Below are positions 19,245 through 30,238 of a stretch of DNA of 64,000 nucleotides, piece after piece. Source of the stretch: Abditibacteriota bacterium (GTDB lineage: Bacteria > Armatimonadota > UBA5829); NCBI GenBank assembly GCA_017445025.1, contig JAFSVJ010000084.1:980-64979 (forward strand), read 5' to 3'. The notes under the pieces are model-generated. The model worked only from the letters and a program-made list of their open reading frames with translations, did no database searches and was not told the origin of the DNA. Each line of letters opens with the position of its first letter. Positions within the stretch are counted from its first letter, which is position 1. Both the position numbers and the translations under genes were made by a program.

Positions 19245-19347
19245 TACTTATTTTTCAAATCACAAAAAACAGAGATGTCGGTATTCCTCTTCCCCCCTCT
19301 ACTACGTAAGATTTAATAAATTAATTAATAATTTTTTGGTTTTAATT

Positions 19348-19413
19348 ATGTTTTTTAGTGTTTTAATACCTGTATATAATGTGGAAAAATATCTAAGGCA
19401 AGCGGTGGATTAA
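19348..19413 (+). pseudogene. Duplicated 5' fragment of a GT2 gene (MFFSVLIPVYNVEKYLRQAVD*)
   Basis: Near-identical to the starts at 19696 and 20866; truncated at the TIR element. Confidence 0.85.
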
Positions 19414-19670
19414 AGAATGACAAATCACAAAAAAGCACAATTTTTCGCAAGAAATATCCTATTGTAGTCATCGACCCCAAGGGTTCCCAGAAAATTGAGC
19501 TTAGCGAAATTTTTAGGGATTTGGGGCTGTAGACTCGGAACAAAATGTCATTTTTCAAGGCAATAGCCATTGATAAAATGTTATTTTGTGAGAATCGTCA
19601 AGAAGACACGAAAATAGATATTTCGTTAAGCGAAAAATTAGGGATTTTTAGGTGAGTTGGTATTCTTTAA
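19410..19670 (+). mobile_element. MITE-like TIR element, copy 1 (with nested ~50-bp hairpin module)
   Basis: Ends TTAAAGAATGACAAATCAC / GTGAGTTGGTATTCTTTAA; body alignable by eye with 32729-32942 and 62530-62744. Confidence 0.72.
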
Positions 19671-19695
19671 TAAATATATTTTTTAAATTTTAATT

Positions 19696-20766
19696 ATGTT
19701 CTTTAGTGTTCTAATACCTGTATATAATGTGGAAAAATATCTAAGGCGATCGATAGATTCTGTCCTTGCCCAAGATTTTGATGACTACGAAATAATTCTC
19801 TGTGACGATGGGTCTACAGACCAAAGCGGTGCTATCTGTGACGAATATGCCCAAAAAGATAGCAAAATAAGGGTTATTCATAAAGAAAATGAAGGGCTTA
19901 TTCTAACCAGACGAGTTGCCATAAGAGCCTCAAAGGGAGAGTATCTGATTCACCTTGACTCTGATGACTATATGCTTCCCGGATGTCTTTCTTCAGCCAA
20001 GAAAGCCATAGACGAAACCGGGGCTGATATGGTTATATGGCAGTTTATATCCGGAGTCGGTAGCCACCCGGAAGATTTGTCTCATGTTTCAACCATTCCT
20101 TTCAAAGATGGTGAAATTTTTGAAGGAGAAGGTTTGTATAAACTGAGAAAGCATTATATTCTTGCCACCGGGGACGCCCATATCGGTGCCATGTTCCAAA
20201 AGGCAACCAAAAGAGATATTAACGATATAGATTTTGATTATCACACCTATCCAAAAATTTACTGTATGGAAGATGTGCTTCAATCTGTGGTTTTGTATAA
20301 TAATGTAAAAAAAGCTGTTTTTATAAATAAACCTTTCATTTACTACAGCACAAATCCGGAGGGCATAACCCATGGTGTAACCTCCTCAAAATTGAAAAAT
20401 TATATTGATACCATATTTTTTATGTGGACCGTTCAAGATAAAATCATTGTTAATTGGTTTACCGAAGAGAGTATTTTTAAGAAAATACGAGGCCACCGAA
20501 TAAAAACTCTTTTGCACAAAATTGCTCAAATGAAACGATTGGCCCAAAAAAATGAGTTTATAGAATTTTGTGATTATATAAACAATCACGACTCTCTGCA
20601 AAAATATTATAACAGTTATAATGATGAATTTCTTGGCAGTTATTTGAAACTAATACTGTTTTTCTTTAAAAGAAAAAAATATGCTTCTCTTTGGTATGTG
20701 ATGGATATAACGGAAAAGCTATATCCTACCCTTAAAGGTATAGCAAAAAAAATGAGGGGGAAATAA
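19696..20766 (+). CDS. Glycosyltransferase family 2
   Basis: SVLIPVYN.EKYL, DDGSTD, DSDD (DxD), ED motif. Confidence 0.93.
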   Translation: MFFSVLIPVYNVEKYLRRSIDSVLAQDFDDYEIILCDDGSTDQSGAICDEYAQKDSKIRVIHKENEGLILTRRVAIRASKGEYLIHLDSDDYMLPGCLSSAKKAIDETGADMVIWQFISGVGSHPEDLSHVSTIPFKDGEIFEGEGLYKLRKHYILATGDAHIGAMFQKATKRDINDIDFDYHTYPKIYCMEDVLQSVVLYNNVKKAVFINKPFIYYSTNPEGITHGVTSSKLKNYIDTIFFMWTVQDKIIVNWFTEESIFKKIRGHRIKTLLHKIAQMKRLAQKNEFIEFCDYINNHDSLQKYYNSYNDEFLGSYLKLILFFFKRKKYASLWYVMDITEKLYPTLKGIAKKMRGK

Positions 20767-20865
20767 AGCACAATTTTCCAAATCACAAAATAAGAGATTT
20801 TTAGGTTGGTATTCCTCCCCCTACTACGTAATATTTAATAAATTAAATGTTTTTTTGTTTTAATT

Positions 20866-21879
20866 ATGTTCTTTAGTGTTCTAATACCTGTATATAATGT
20901 GGAAAAATATCTAAGACAAGCGGTGGATTCTGTCCTTGCCCAAGATTTTGATGACTATGAAATAATTCTCTGTGACGATGGGTCTACAGACCAAAGCGGT
21001 GCTATCTGTGATGAGTATGCCCAAAAAGATAGCAAAATAAGGGTTATTCACAAAGAAAATGAAGGGCTTATTCTCACCAGACGAGCTGCCATAAGAGCCT
21101 CTGAGGGTGAATATTTAATGCATCTTGACTCTGATGACTATATGCTCCCCGGATGTCTTTCATCTGTCAAAAAAGCCATAGACGACACAGGGGCTGATAT
21201 GGTTATATGGAAAATGATATACGGAAAGAAAAACCAAAGTGACAAAGAGGTAATCTCTCCCATTCCCTTTAAAGACGGAGAGATTTTTGAGGGTGAAAAA
21301 CTGTCTCTCTTGCGAAAAGAGTTTTTAAATAAAGGAAAACTCCAAAATATGTATATCAAAGCCACCAGACGTGACATAAACAACATAGATTTTGACTATT
21401 CTCAATACAAAATCTATAAAGCTGAGGATATTTTCCAGTCCCTTCATCTCTTTGACGCCACCACAAAAGCTGTCTTTATTGACAAGGTTTTCTACTATTA
21501 CAGAAGAGATAATATGACCAGTATTTCCAATAAGTTAAACAAGGATACTCTTAAAAAACATCTGTCATCATATTTTTTGCTTTGGCAATGGGAAGAAGAC
21601 TATATCAAAAAATGGTTTGAAGGCTCTGAAATGCAAAGTGATTTAAGCACAAGAGCTTTAAAAGCCATAACAACAAAAGCAAAACAAATGGGAACCGTTA
21701 CAAAAAGAGACGAGTTTAAAGATTTTCTTAACTGGGTTATGAGTAATGACAAAATAAACTTTTATTTTGATAATTATAACAAAAACTCTGTGGGACCTTA
21801 TGCCAAGTTTCTTTTTTGGCTTATTAAAAACAAAAAATACAATATACTATATAATGTTGTCAAAATAATAAGATTATGA
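20866..21879 (+). CDS. Glycosyltransferase family 2 (tandem paralog)
   Basis: Same motifs; first ~115 codons nearly identical to the 19696 gene. Confidence 0.93.
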   Translation: MFFSVLIPVYNVEKYLRQAVDSVLAQDFDDYEIILCDDGSTDQSGAICDEYAQKDSKIRVIHKENEGLILTRRAAIRASEGEYLMHLDSDDYMLPGCLSSVKKAIDDTGADMVIWKMIYGKKNQSDKEVISPIPFKDGEIFEGEKLSLLRKEFLNKGKLQNMYIKATRRDINNIDFDYSQYKIYKAEDIFQSLHLFDATTKAVFIDKVFYYYRRDNMTSISNKLNKDTLKKHLSSYFLLWQWEEDYIKKWFEGSEMQSDLSTRALKAITTKAKQMGTVTKRDEFKDFLNWVMSNDKINFYFDNYNKNSVGPYAKFLFWLIKNKKYNILYNVVKIIRL

Positions 21880-23126
21880 AAAAAATATGTTTTTTACAGT
21901 ATGATTTAAGCGGCGGAGGGGCTGAGAGAAAGGTTTGCACTCTTGCCAATTACTTTGTTTCCAAAGGCTACACTGTGGATATAGGGATTTTCGGAGAAGA
22001 AGTGGTAGCTTACGACTTAGATGAAAGAGTAAATCTCACCTTCATTAATCGAGAAACCATGGAATTTAAAAATGCTTTTGAGAGATATTCTTATGCTTTT
22101 CGTTGTGCCATGGAAGAGGTTTTTGTGGTAGGTCCCGCCACTATTTTGTCTAATATATATGAAGATGCAGAAAACAACAGTTTTGTTTTTTTTGAAAAAG
22201 AAAAAATCACCCTGGTCAAAAAAGCCGAAAATCATTATAACAAGAAAAACAATGTTATATTACCCTTAAAAAGATATATTGAAAACAGAAAAGATTACAT
22301 ATTTATTTCAATGATGGCAGAAGTCTATGTGAAAATCATGGAGCTGTGGAGCGGAAAAAAACAGTGGGATTTGGGTAAGAGATACATAGTTATGGACTGT
22401 AACAACCCTGAATATAATGCTCAGGGAAAACTGAAAGAAAAAAGAGATTGGCTTTACCCCTATGCCGCCAAATGTATTATGATGACGGAAGGACAGAAAA
22501 ATTGGTTTAACAATAACGTTCAAAAAATTACCGAAATAATTCCCAATCCCATAAGAGACGACCTGCCGGAGCCTTACTTTGGAGAGAGAAACAAAAATAT
22601 TATCACCTTTTGCAGATTGAGTAAACAGAAAAATCTCCCCTTATTGATAAACGCTTTTAAGAGAGTTTACGAGAAGCACCCGGACTATACATTAAGCATT
22701 TACGGACAGGGAAAACTTCGAGAAAAGTTAATAGAGTATATAAAATCTTTAAATCTTCAAGACGTGGCTCATATATATGATTTTGACCCGAAAATTCACG
22801 AAAGGATTAAAAAGAGTGCCATGTATGTATCTTCCTCTAACTATGAGGGATTTCCCAATAATACCATGGAAGCCTTGGGAATAGGAATGCCGGTTATTTG
22901 CACAGATTGTGATTTCGGCCCCGGAGACCTGATAGAAAACGAAGTAAACGGACTCTTGGTGCCTTGTGAGGATGAGGAAGCATTAGCTGAAGCTATAAAT
23001 AGGTTTATTGAAGATCCTGCCTTTGCAGCAGAGTGCGGGAAGAGGGCTGTGAAGGTGAGAGAAGATTTGGCTCCGGATAAAATCGGAGACAGGTGGATAG
23101 AGGTAATTGAAAGTATAAATCTTTAA
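21876..23126 (+). CDS. Glycosyltransferase family 4
   Basis: GGGAER, RLSKQKN, SSNYEGFPNNTMEALGIG. Confidence 0.9.
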   Translation: MKKICFLQYDLSGGGAERKVCTLANYFVSKGYTVDIGIFGEEVVAYDLDERVNLTFINRETMEFKNAFERYSYAFRCAMEEVFVVGPATILSNIYEDAENNSFVFFEKEKITLVKKAENHYNKKNNVILPLKRYIENRKDYIFISMMAEVYVKIMELWSGKKQWDLGKRYIVMDCNNPEYNAQGKLKEKRDWLYPYAAKCIMMTEGQKNWFNNNVQKITEIIPNPIRDDLPEPYFGERNKNIITFCRLSKQKNLPLLINAFKRVYEKHPDYTLSIYGQGKLREKLIEYIKSLNLQDVAHIYDFDPKIHERIKKSAMYVSSSNYEGFPNNTMEALGIGMPVICTDCDFGPGDLIENEVNGLLVPCEDEEALAEAINRFIEDPAFAAECGKRAVKVREDLAPDKIGDRWIEVIESINL

Positions 23127-23448
23127 TGCGTTAGCTTAGCAAAAACCTATGCAAAGGAACTCACCCTCCTTGTGAAGAATATCACAAGGAGGGGGGACCA
23201 TTCGCAAAGCGAATGGTGGGTGGTCAGGAGTAAATTTGCTCTCGCAAATTTACGATAGAAGCCTAATAATTTAAGCCAACAACCAAAGTCGAAGCCAGTG
23301 GCACTCCCAAGAGCGCCTAAAAAGCTGTTATGTTATAGATTTACCTAAATTTAAATTTTGTCTTTGTCCAAAAAGAACCATAACAAAAAAGGGGCTTGGC
23401 TCTTAAATATATAGTTTGCTTTGGTTATAGGACATTTTTGGTATAAAT

Positions 23449-24573
23449 ATGAATATTTGTTTTGTTATAAACAGTTTAGGGGCGGGTGGAGCCCAAAGAG
23501 TTGTTTCCGTTCTGTCCCATAAACTGTCCGAAAAACATAATGTGACTGTAATTTTAACGGATAACAAGGATTGTGTTTATCACCTGCCCCAAAGTGTTAA
23601 ATCAGTCTTTCTAAAAGATTACAGTAAAGGAAAAACTATAAATTTAAATCAAAAATTAAAGACTGTTTATTTTAAAATTAAAAGAAAATTTAATAAAAAT
23701 CTAACCCCTTTCGGTTATTACAGAGAACAGAGTTTGTGGCTTCAGAGATATTTTGAGGAAAACCCTCAAGATGTGATTTTCGGCTTTATGGTTTACGCTT
23801 CCATAATGCTCTCTCTAATAAAAACAAAAGCAAAAATAATAATGGCTGAAAGAGTTTATCCTTCCTTGCCAATTTGTGAACAAGACCCTGTTGAAATCAG
23901 AAATAAATTCTATAAAAAAGGGGATAAAATAGTTTTTCAAACTGAAGAAATTAGGGACATGTTTGCCCCTGACATAAGGGAAAAAGGGGTGGTTATTCCC
24001 AATCCCATAAAAGAAAACTTGCCTCTCTATGAAGGGGGCGACAGAGAAAAGATTATAGTAAACTATGGCAGTTTGAGTAAAGACCATAAAAATATACCCC
24101 TTCTCTTTAAAGCTTTTGATATTGTGGCTGAAACACACCCGGACCATATTCTCAAAATATACGGATACGGAGAATTAAATCAAAAAGCAAAGGAAACCTT
24201 AGATAATCTCAAAAACAAAGATAAAGTTTTCCTTCTGCCTTTTGAAAGTGATATTCACGATAAAATTAAAAAATATGGCATGTTTGTTATGACCAGTGAT
24301 TACGAAGGGATGCCCAACTCCTTAATAGAGGCCATGGGTATAGGCTTACCCGTTATTTCCACAGATTGCAAAGGCGGTGGTGCCAAAGCTTTAATCAAAA
24401 ACCATATAAACGGAATTATCACACCTCCCAATAACTCGGAGGCTGTGGCAGATGCCATAAAGTTTTATATAGACAATCCTAAAAAAGCAGAGGAATATGC
24501 CAAAGAAGCCTTGAAAATAAGAGATGACCTGTCTGTGGATAAAATCAGCGAGAAATGGATGAATTTAATATGA
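23449..24573 (+). CDS. Glycosyltransferase family 4
   Basis: GGAQRV, TSDYEGMPNSLIEAMGIG. Confidence 0.9.
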   Translation: MNICFVINSLGAGGAQRVVSVLSHKLSEKHNVTVILTDNKDCVYHLPQSVKSVFLKDYSKGKTINLNQKLKTVYFKIKRKFNKNLTPFGYYREQSLWLQRYFEENPQDVIFGFMVYASIMLSLIKTKAKIIMAERVYPSLPICEQDPVEIRNKFYKKGDKIVFQTEEIRDMFAPDIREKGVVIPNPIKENLPLYEGGDREKIIVNYGSLSKDHKNIPLLFKAFDIVAETHPDHILKIYGYGELNQKAKETLDNLKNKDKVFLLPFESDIHDKIKKYGMFVMTSDYEGMPNSLIEAMGIGLPVISTDCKGGGAKALIKNHINGIITPPNNSEAVADAIKFYIDNPKKAEEYAKEALKIRDDLSVDKISEKWMNLI

Positions 24574-25715
24574 AAAATATTGTTTTTTGGGTGAATAATT
24601 TAGGAAAAGGAGGAGCCCAAAGAGTCACATCTGTTTTAGCAAACAGATTAATAAAAGATAACAATGTGACTATTGTATACAGAGATTCTGATTCTTGTGT
24701 TTATGATATAGATCCAAAAATAAAAATCCTTTATATTAAGGATTACCAAAATAATCACACGCCTAACTTTGCTCAAAAAAAAGAAAATATTATTTTTAGA
24801 ATAAAAAGAAGATTTTTAAAAGGTAAAGAACTTAAAAAACTAAACAAATTATATTATTTTTACCAAGTCCCCGCATCTTGGTTTAAGAGATATTTAGACG
24901 AAAACCCTTGTGATGTCATATACAGTTTTATGGTAGGTCCAAATATAAATCTGACTATGGTAAAAACAAATGCCAAAACCATTCTCTCAGAGAGAAATTA
25001 TCCCGCAGTACCCCTTCTCGAAACAGATCCTGTGGAAGTTCGAAACAAATACTATCCAAAGGGGGACATTATTGTTTTCCAAACGGAAGAGATGAAAAAT
25101 ATGTTCTCTCCCGAAGTAGTTAAAAAATCTGTTGTCATTCCAAACCCCATAAAAGAAAATTTACCTCTTCCCTTTGAAGGGGAAAGGCAAAAAATAATTG
25201 TCAATTATTGTAGTCTTGACAGGCCTCAGAAAAACTTGGACTTGTTGTTTAAAGCTTTTGATATGGTTGCGGAAAAATATCCGGATTATAAACTTATGGT
25301 TTACGGTTACGGAGACCTAAATCCTAAAGCTTGTGAAACTCTTGAATCTTGTAAAAATAAAGATAAAATTTCCGTGTTGCCCTTTGACCCCAACCTTCAC
25401 GAAAAAATAAAAGATTATGCCATGTTTGTTATGACCAGTGATTATGAAGGTATGCCAAACTCCTTAATAGAAGCCATGGGCATAGGCTTACCTGTAATTT
25501 CCACAGATTGCAAAGGCGGGGGAGCAAAGGCTTTAATTAACAATCATAAAAACGGTATAATTGTCCCTCGAGATGATATAGAGGCAGTGGCACAAGCTAT
25601 GGAGTTTTATATAGAAAATCCTGAAAAAGCAAAGGAATATGCCAAAGAAGCCTTAAAGGTAAGGGAAGAGCTGTCAGTTAATCGAATTGCGGAGAAATGG
25701 ATTGCACTTATTTAA
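24570..25715 (+). CDS. Glycosyltransferase family 4 (tandem paralog)
   Basis: MKNIVFWVNNLGKGGAQR; TSDYEGMPNSLIEAMGIG; ATGA overlap with the previous stop favours ATG 24570. Confidence 0.9.
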   Translation: MKNIVFWVNNLGKGGAQRVTSVLANRLIKDNNVTIVYRDSDSCVYDIDPKIKILYIKDYQNNHTPNFAQKKENIIFRIKRRFLKGKELKKLNKLYYFYQVPASWFKRYLDENPCDVIYSFMVGPNINLTMVKTNAKTILSERNYPAVPLLETDPVEVRNKYYPKGDIIVFQTEEMKNMFSPEVVKKSVVIPNPIKENLPLPFEGERQKIIVNYCSLDRPQKNLDLLFKAFDMVAEKYPDYKLMVYGYGDLNPKACETLESCKNKDKISVLPFDPNLHEKIKDYAMFVMTSDYEGMPNSLIEAMGIGLPVISTDCKGGGAKALINNHKNGIIVPRDDIEAVAQAMEFYIENPEKAKEYAKEALKVREELSVNRIAEKWIALI

Positions 25716-26035
25716 TTCACAATGCACAATGCAAAATGCACAATAAATTCTTAGAAATTTATTTCATAAATTTCGTTTTTAAAAATGCAAAATGCACAAT
25801 ATAACTCCCGTCTTCCCAAATCCCAAAAAGTTTCGGACGGCCCCCCCACGGTCGCTTCGCTCCTAATTCCATCCCCCCGTCAGTCCTTCGGACTGCCACC
25901 CCCCAAGCTTCGCGTAGGGGGACAGAATTTTTAGGGGGTTCATTAATAGAAAAGCGAAACTTTTTGGGGTTTGAGTAGGGGGGACTAAAAGGGAGTAGCT
26001 GTCGCTTAGGGGGACAGACTTTTTTGGATTTTGAG

Positions 26036-28858
26036 TTAGGAGGATTTTAATATTTTATAAGGCACAGGGGATTTGACATCAATTTTCACATCTCCCGTAT
26101 CTGTTTTTTCTGCATGGACTTCTATTCTACCGTATTTTGTGTTTACGGCCCCCCGAACAAAAGATAAATCTCCCAAATGAGGATTTATAACAGCTTCTTC
26201 AAATCCCGGTTTTCCCGGAGTAATTCCCAAAATATAACCCAGCAAATAATAAGCCGGGGTGGAAGAATAACCGTGGCAATGACTTCTGGTAAGCCTTTCT
26301 CCCGCATTCTGTCCATAGGTCCACATTTCCCAAAATGTTGTAGCTCCCTTATCCAGCATAAATCCCCAATCATTCCTTATTATGGAAAGGAGTTTTTCCG
26401 TCTCATTTTTCTCTTGCATAATATACAAAATCAAATCTTCATATGCGGAAGAGCCTGCCTTAACAAAATCCTCAGGAGTATTGAAAATTAAATCTTCCAA
26501 TCTTTCTGTTTTACTTTCATCAATTTTAGCCAAATATGCCCAAGTTTGAGTCTGTTGGCTGTATACAGGTGACTGAACATATACCCCGTCTATAAGTCTT
26601 ATACAGTCCGTAAAGGCTTGTTTTTCCTCATTCCACATATATTTGAGAACATTATTCCTCAAAGCATTTGCCAAACCTTTCCATTCCTCTGCATCGGTTT
26701 CATAACTAAGTTCCAAAGCGACCTTGGCTGTCATTTCCAAAGATCGAATAAATCTCAGCTGAACAAAGGTGACAACTGCTCTCACGGGAGTATCCATGGG
26801 AGCCCAGTCGCAAACATTCCAAGCCCTTTTTTCAAATAAACCTATGGAATTGATATTCTGCTTTATGCCCTCAAAATTCTTTTTAAGATATACCATTATC
26901 TCTTTAAACTTCTCTTTATCTCCTGTGACTTTATAGTAGTAACAGCAAGCGTCCATCCACATAGAAACAACTCCGGGAAGGATGTTTTGCCAACCGGAAG
27001 GAACTTGAGACTCCACTATTTCACTTCGCTCTAAGGACTGACCACCAAGAACAATACTTCTGTAAAGGGTGGAGAAATTTCCGTTTATCAAAGAATCTGA
27101 CAAAGAGATTAACTGAGCATCCCCCAGCCAAGTAGTTTGTTCGTAAGTAGGACAATCTGTATAAGTATCTTCCGAACAATTTCTTGCAGAATTTACACAA
27201 ACGTCAAAGATTTTGTTGAGCTTATAATCAGAAGAATAAAAATATCCTTGATTTGAACATTGAGAAGAAGAGATTAATGTTCTCACATTTCTTATATACA
27301 TCGGTTCTTTAAGATTTCTTATAGTTAAGTAGGAGTATCGGAAACCCCTTCTGTAAAGAGATTGATATTTGTTATAACCTTCCTTGCTAATATATCGAAT
27401 GGAGTTTCTCATACCCTCTGCATAATTATAAACTCCGTCAGGCTGTATAAACTCAAAATTATGGAAATCTAAAATCACTCCTTTTGGTCCCTTAAATTCA
27501 AAAGTTTGATATCCGGTTATTTCCTTTTCGTATTCAAAAAGTATTCTTATATCACCATCCAAAGAAGGCTCAATCTTAGTCCAAGTATTATTCCCGAGAA
27601 GATAAGAGAGAGGAACATTCTGTATTCCGGTTTTTGTCTTCACCATATCAGTATATGATTGAAAATAAGGGCTTTCTGTGGGGCAGAGATTCATATCTAT
27701 GGGCTTAAACAAGTCTGTATTAATATATTTCTCAATCACCGGTTCCTTCAAAAACTCTTCATAAACCTTTACGGATACATTTTCGTCCTCGGGGCAAACA
27801 TAGTTCTGTTCATCGTCAAAATCGTTATAGGCAAAATCCTTTATTTCTTCAGGCAACTCAAAAGGACCGATTATACCAAACTTTGACTTATCATTATCTA
27901 TTGTCCATTCTAATTTGGCATCACAAATAAAAGCAAAGCTGTAATCGTGTAGATGATGGAACATAGAAGGTTGAAATAAAAAATCATTATAACCTTTCTT
28001 AAGGTCAAAGGTCACTTCATTAACCAACCCTTGAATTAACTTTATGGGCTTAATTTCTATTGCTTTTCCGTTAACATAAATATTGGTTCTTTGAATATTC
28101 TCAAAGCGAACCTTACAAGTGGTATCCCTATCACTTACTATATAAGTTGCCACAAAAACATTTATAAAATTTCTGTTACTGTTTCTGTTATTGGGAAACA
28201 GGGCTTCTTTTATATTAAAATGCAAGAAATAATCACAAGATTTAACCCCTTGAACAGAAACTATTCTTTTGGGGCTGACAGGTTCCATTGTTAAGTTTAA
28301 TGTATCCTTAGGAGTTAAATTATTATGCAAACCATCAGCAAAGGGCCTTATTTCAAAAGCCTCTTCCCAATTATCATCGTTATAATCACACTCTCTCCAA
28401 TCGTCATCATTATTGGCATTGTAAATTTCTTCAAAGCCCTGCTGAACGGAAATACGATGAACATTTGATTTATATGCGGTGTTTATTCTTACTTTGAAAG
28501 ATTTATCACTATATAGAGTTTCATTTTCAAGGTCTATCTCACAGTATAAACCACCTTCGCAGTTAATAGATTGGAAGGTAGAAGTGTTATAATGGATAAG
28601 TAAAACAGCAATTGTATTTTTACCCTTATTCATATAGGGTTTTAAGTCATAAATGTCATATTTGTAATGATTGGGCCAGCATCTTGCGGGACCGTATCCC
28701 ACATATTCACCGTTTACGTAAAGGACAAATCGAGTGTCCCCGGTAATTTTAATATCACATTTTCCCTCTGTATAGTCAAAAGTTTTTCTAAACTCTATAA
28801 ATCTGTTAAACTTAGGCAAAGGCTCCTTAATCCAAAGCCAATATCCCAAACCTTGCAT
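26036..28858 (-). CDS. Alpha-L-rhamnosidase-like glycoside hydrolase (GH78)
   Basis: ITGD.RF.LYVNG, DCPTYEQ..WLGD, DWAP, GATTFWE, RSHCHG. Confidence 0.88.
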   Translation of the reverse strand: MQGLGYWLWIKEPLPKFNRFIEFRKTFDYTEGKCDIKITGDTRFVLYVNGEYVGYGPARCWPNHYKYDIYDLKPYMNKGKNTIAVLLIHYNTSTFQSINCEGGLYCEIDLENETLYSDKSFKVRINTAYKSNVHRISVQQGFEEIYNANNDDDWRECDYNDDNWEEAFEIRPFADGLHNNLTPKDTLNLTMEPVSPKRIVSVQGVKSCDYFLHFNIKEALFPNNRNSNRNFINVFVATYIVSDRDTTCKVRFENIQRTNIYVNGKAIEIKPIKLIQGLVNEVTFDLKKGYNDFLFQPSMFHHLHDYSFAFICDAKLEWTIDNDKSKFGIIGPFELPEEIKDFAYNDFDDEQNYVCPEDENVSVKVYEEFLKEPVIEKYINTDLFKPIDMNLCPTESPYFQSYTDMVKTKTGIQNVPLSYLLGNNTWTKIEPSLDGDIRILFEYEKEITGYQTFEFKGPKGVILDFHNFEFIQPDGVYNYAEGMRNSIRYISKEGYNKYQSLYRRGFRYSYLTIRNLKEPMYIRNVRTLISSSQCSNQGYFYSSDYKLNKIFDVCVNSARNCSEDTYTDCPTYEQTTWLGDAQLISLSDSLINGNFSTLYRSIVLGGQSLERSEIVESQVPSGWQNILPGVVSMWMDACCYYYKVTGDKEKFKEIMVYLKKNFEGIKQNINSIGLFEKRAWNVCDWAPMDTPVRAVVTFVQLRFIRSLEMTAKVALELSYETDAEEWKGLANALRNNVLKYMWNEEKQAFTDCIRLIDGVYVQSPVYSQQTQTWAYLAKIDESKTERLEDLIFNTPEDFVKAGSSAYEDLILYIMQEKNETEKLLSIIRNDWGFMLDKGATTFWEMWTYGQNAGERLTRSHCHGYSSTPAYYLLGYILGITPGKPGFEEAVINPHLGDLSFVRGAVNTKYGRIEVHAEKTDTGDVKIDVKSPVPYKILKSS

Positions 28859-28925
28859 TTTATACCCCTTATTAAAAAAAAAGGTGTCATAAAGGCACCT
28901 TAAATATGTTTATTTTTTTATAATT

Positions 28926-30119
28926 CTATTTTTTTATAAACCTGTTATACATAACAGCTTGCATATCATGGTTTGCTACTATACCTGTAGCTTGGCTTTG
29001 ATCCCAAGTCTTAGAATCAAATGAAGCAAGATCTTCATTATATAGAGCAAACTCATCGCTCTTTCTACCGATTACTTGAAGTGAACCCTTAAAGAGACGA
29101 AGCTTAACATCACCGGTAACTCTCTCGTTTGTCTTGTCAATAAAGGCGTTCAGGTCATCAAAGAATGGATCGAACCATAAACCGTCATAAGCCATTCTGG
29201 ACCATTTGGCGTCAACTATTGCCTTAAATTCTCTTTCTTCCTTGGTCAAAACCAATTCTTCCAAAGCCTTGTGAGCCGGAATTAAGAGTCTTGCGGCAGG
29301 ACATTCGTAGTTTTCACGAACCTTTAACCCTAAAATTCTATCTTCCATCATATCAATTCTGCCCACTCCGTTATCACCGGCAATTTTGTGAGCAGCTTCA
29401 ACAATAGCTCTTGGATCTAATTTTTTACCGTCTATAGCTACAGGGCAACCTTTCTCAAAGGAAATAACAACTTCCGTAGGTGTAGGGCAAGCGTCATCAA
29501 TGGACTTGGTCCATTTAAATATTTCTTCCGGAGGAGCGTAGAAAGGATCTTCAAGTTTTCCACCTTCAATACTTCTTCCCCATAAGTTTTCATCTATTGA
29601 CCATATTTTTTCTACGGAAACAGTTATGGGAATACCCTTCTCTTTTGCGTATTCAATTTCAGCACTTCTTGTCCAAGTATGTTCTCTCATAGGAGCTATA
29701 ATTTTAACATCCTTAGGAACATTACATCTCAATCCAAATTCAAGTCTGAATTGATCGTTTCCCTTTCCGGTACAACCGTGACAAACAGCCTCTGCACCTT
29801 CTTTTTTAATAATTTCGGCGGCAAGTTTTGCTATTAAAGGTCTTGCAATAGATGTTGAAAGAGGATAACCTTGATAGTCACCGTTAGCCTTTATTGCTTG
29901 GAAAATGTAATCTTTGGCAAATTCATCTCTTGCATCAATAGTGTAGTGAATACAACCCATTTTCTTGGCTTTTTCTTCAGCCTGAGCAATTTCATCTTCC
30001 GGCAAACCAACGTTAACTGTAATTGTGACTACTTCGTCGTAGCCATACTCTTCTCTCATCATGGGGATACATACACTTGTATCCAAACCACCTGAGTAAA
30101 ACATAGCAACTTTACTCAT
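28926..30119 (-). CDS. argG: Argininosuccinate synthase
   Basis: YSGGLDTS, HGCTGKGNDQ.R, SIDENLWGRSIEGG, GVGRID. Confidence 0.97.
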   Translation of the reverse strand: MSKVAMFYSGGLDTSVCIPMMREEYGYDEVVTITVNVGLPEDEIAQAEEKAKKMGCIHYTIDARDEFAKDYIFQAIKANGDYQGYPLSTSIARPLIAKLAAEIIKKEGAEAVCHGCTGKGNDQFRLEFGLRCNVPKDVKIIAPMREHTWTRSAEIEYAKEKGIPITVSVEKIWSIDENLWGRSIEGGKLEDPFYAPPEEIFKWTKSIDDACPTPTEVVISFEKGCPVAIDGKKLDPRAIVEAAHKIAGDNGVGRIDMMEDRILGLKVRENYECPAARLLIPAHKALEELVLTKEEREFKAIVDAKWSRMAYDGLWFDPFFDDLNAFIDKTNERVTGDVKLRLFKGSLQVIGRKSDEFALYNEDLASFDSKTWDQSQATGIVANHDMQAVMYNRFIKK

Positions 30120-30238
30120 AATTTATCTCCTATAATATTATTACTTATTTCAAATCACAAATCACAACACGTGGTGCGAAGCACCACGACTTTGATTTTT
30201 GCTTTTTGATTATTACTTTTTAAATTTGCAACGCAAAT

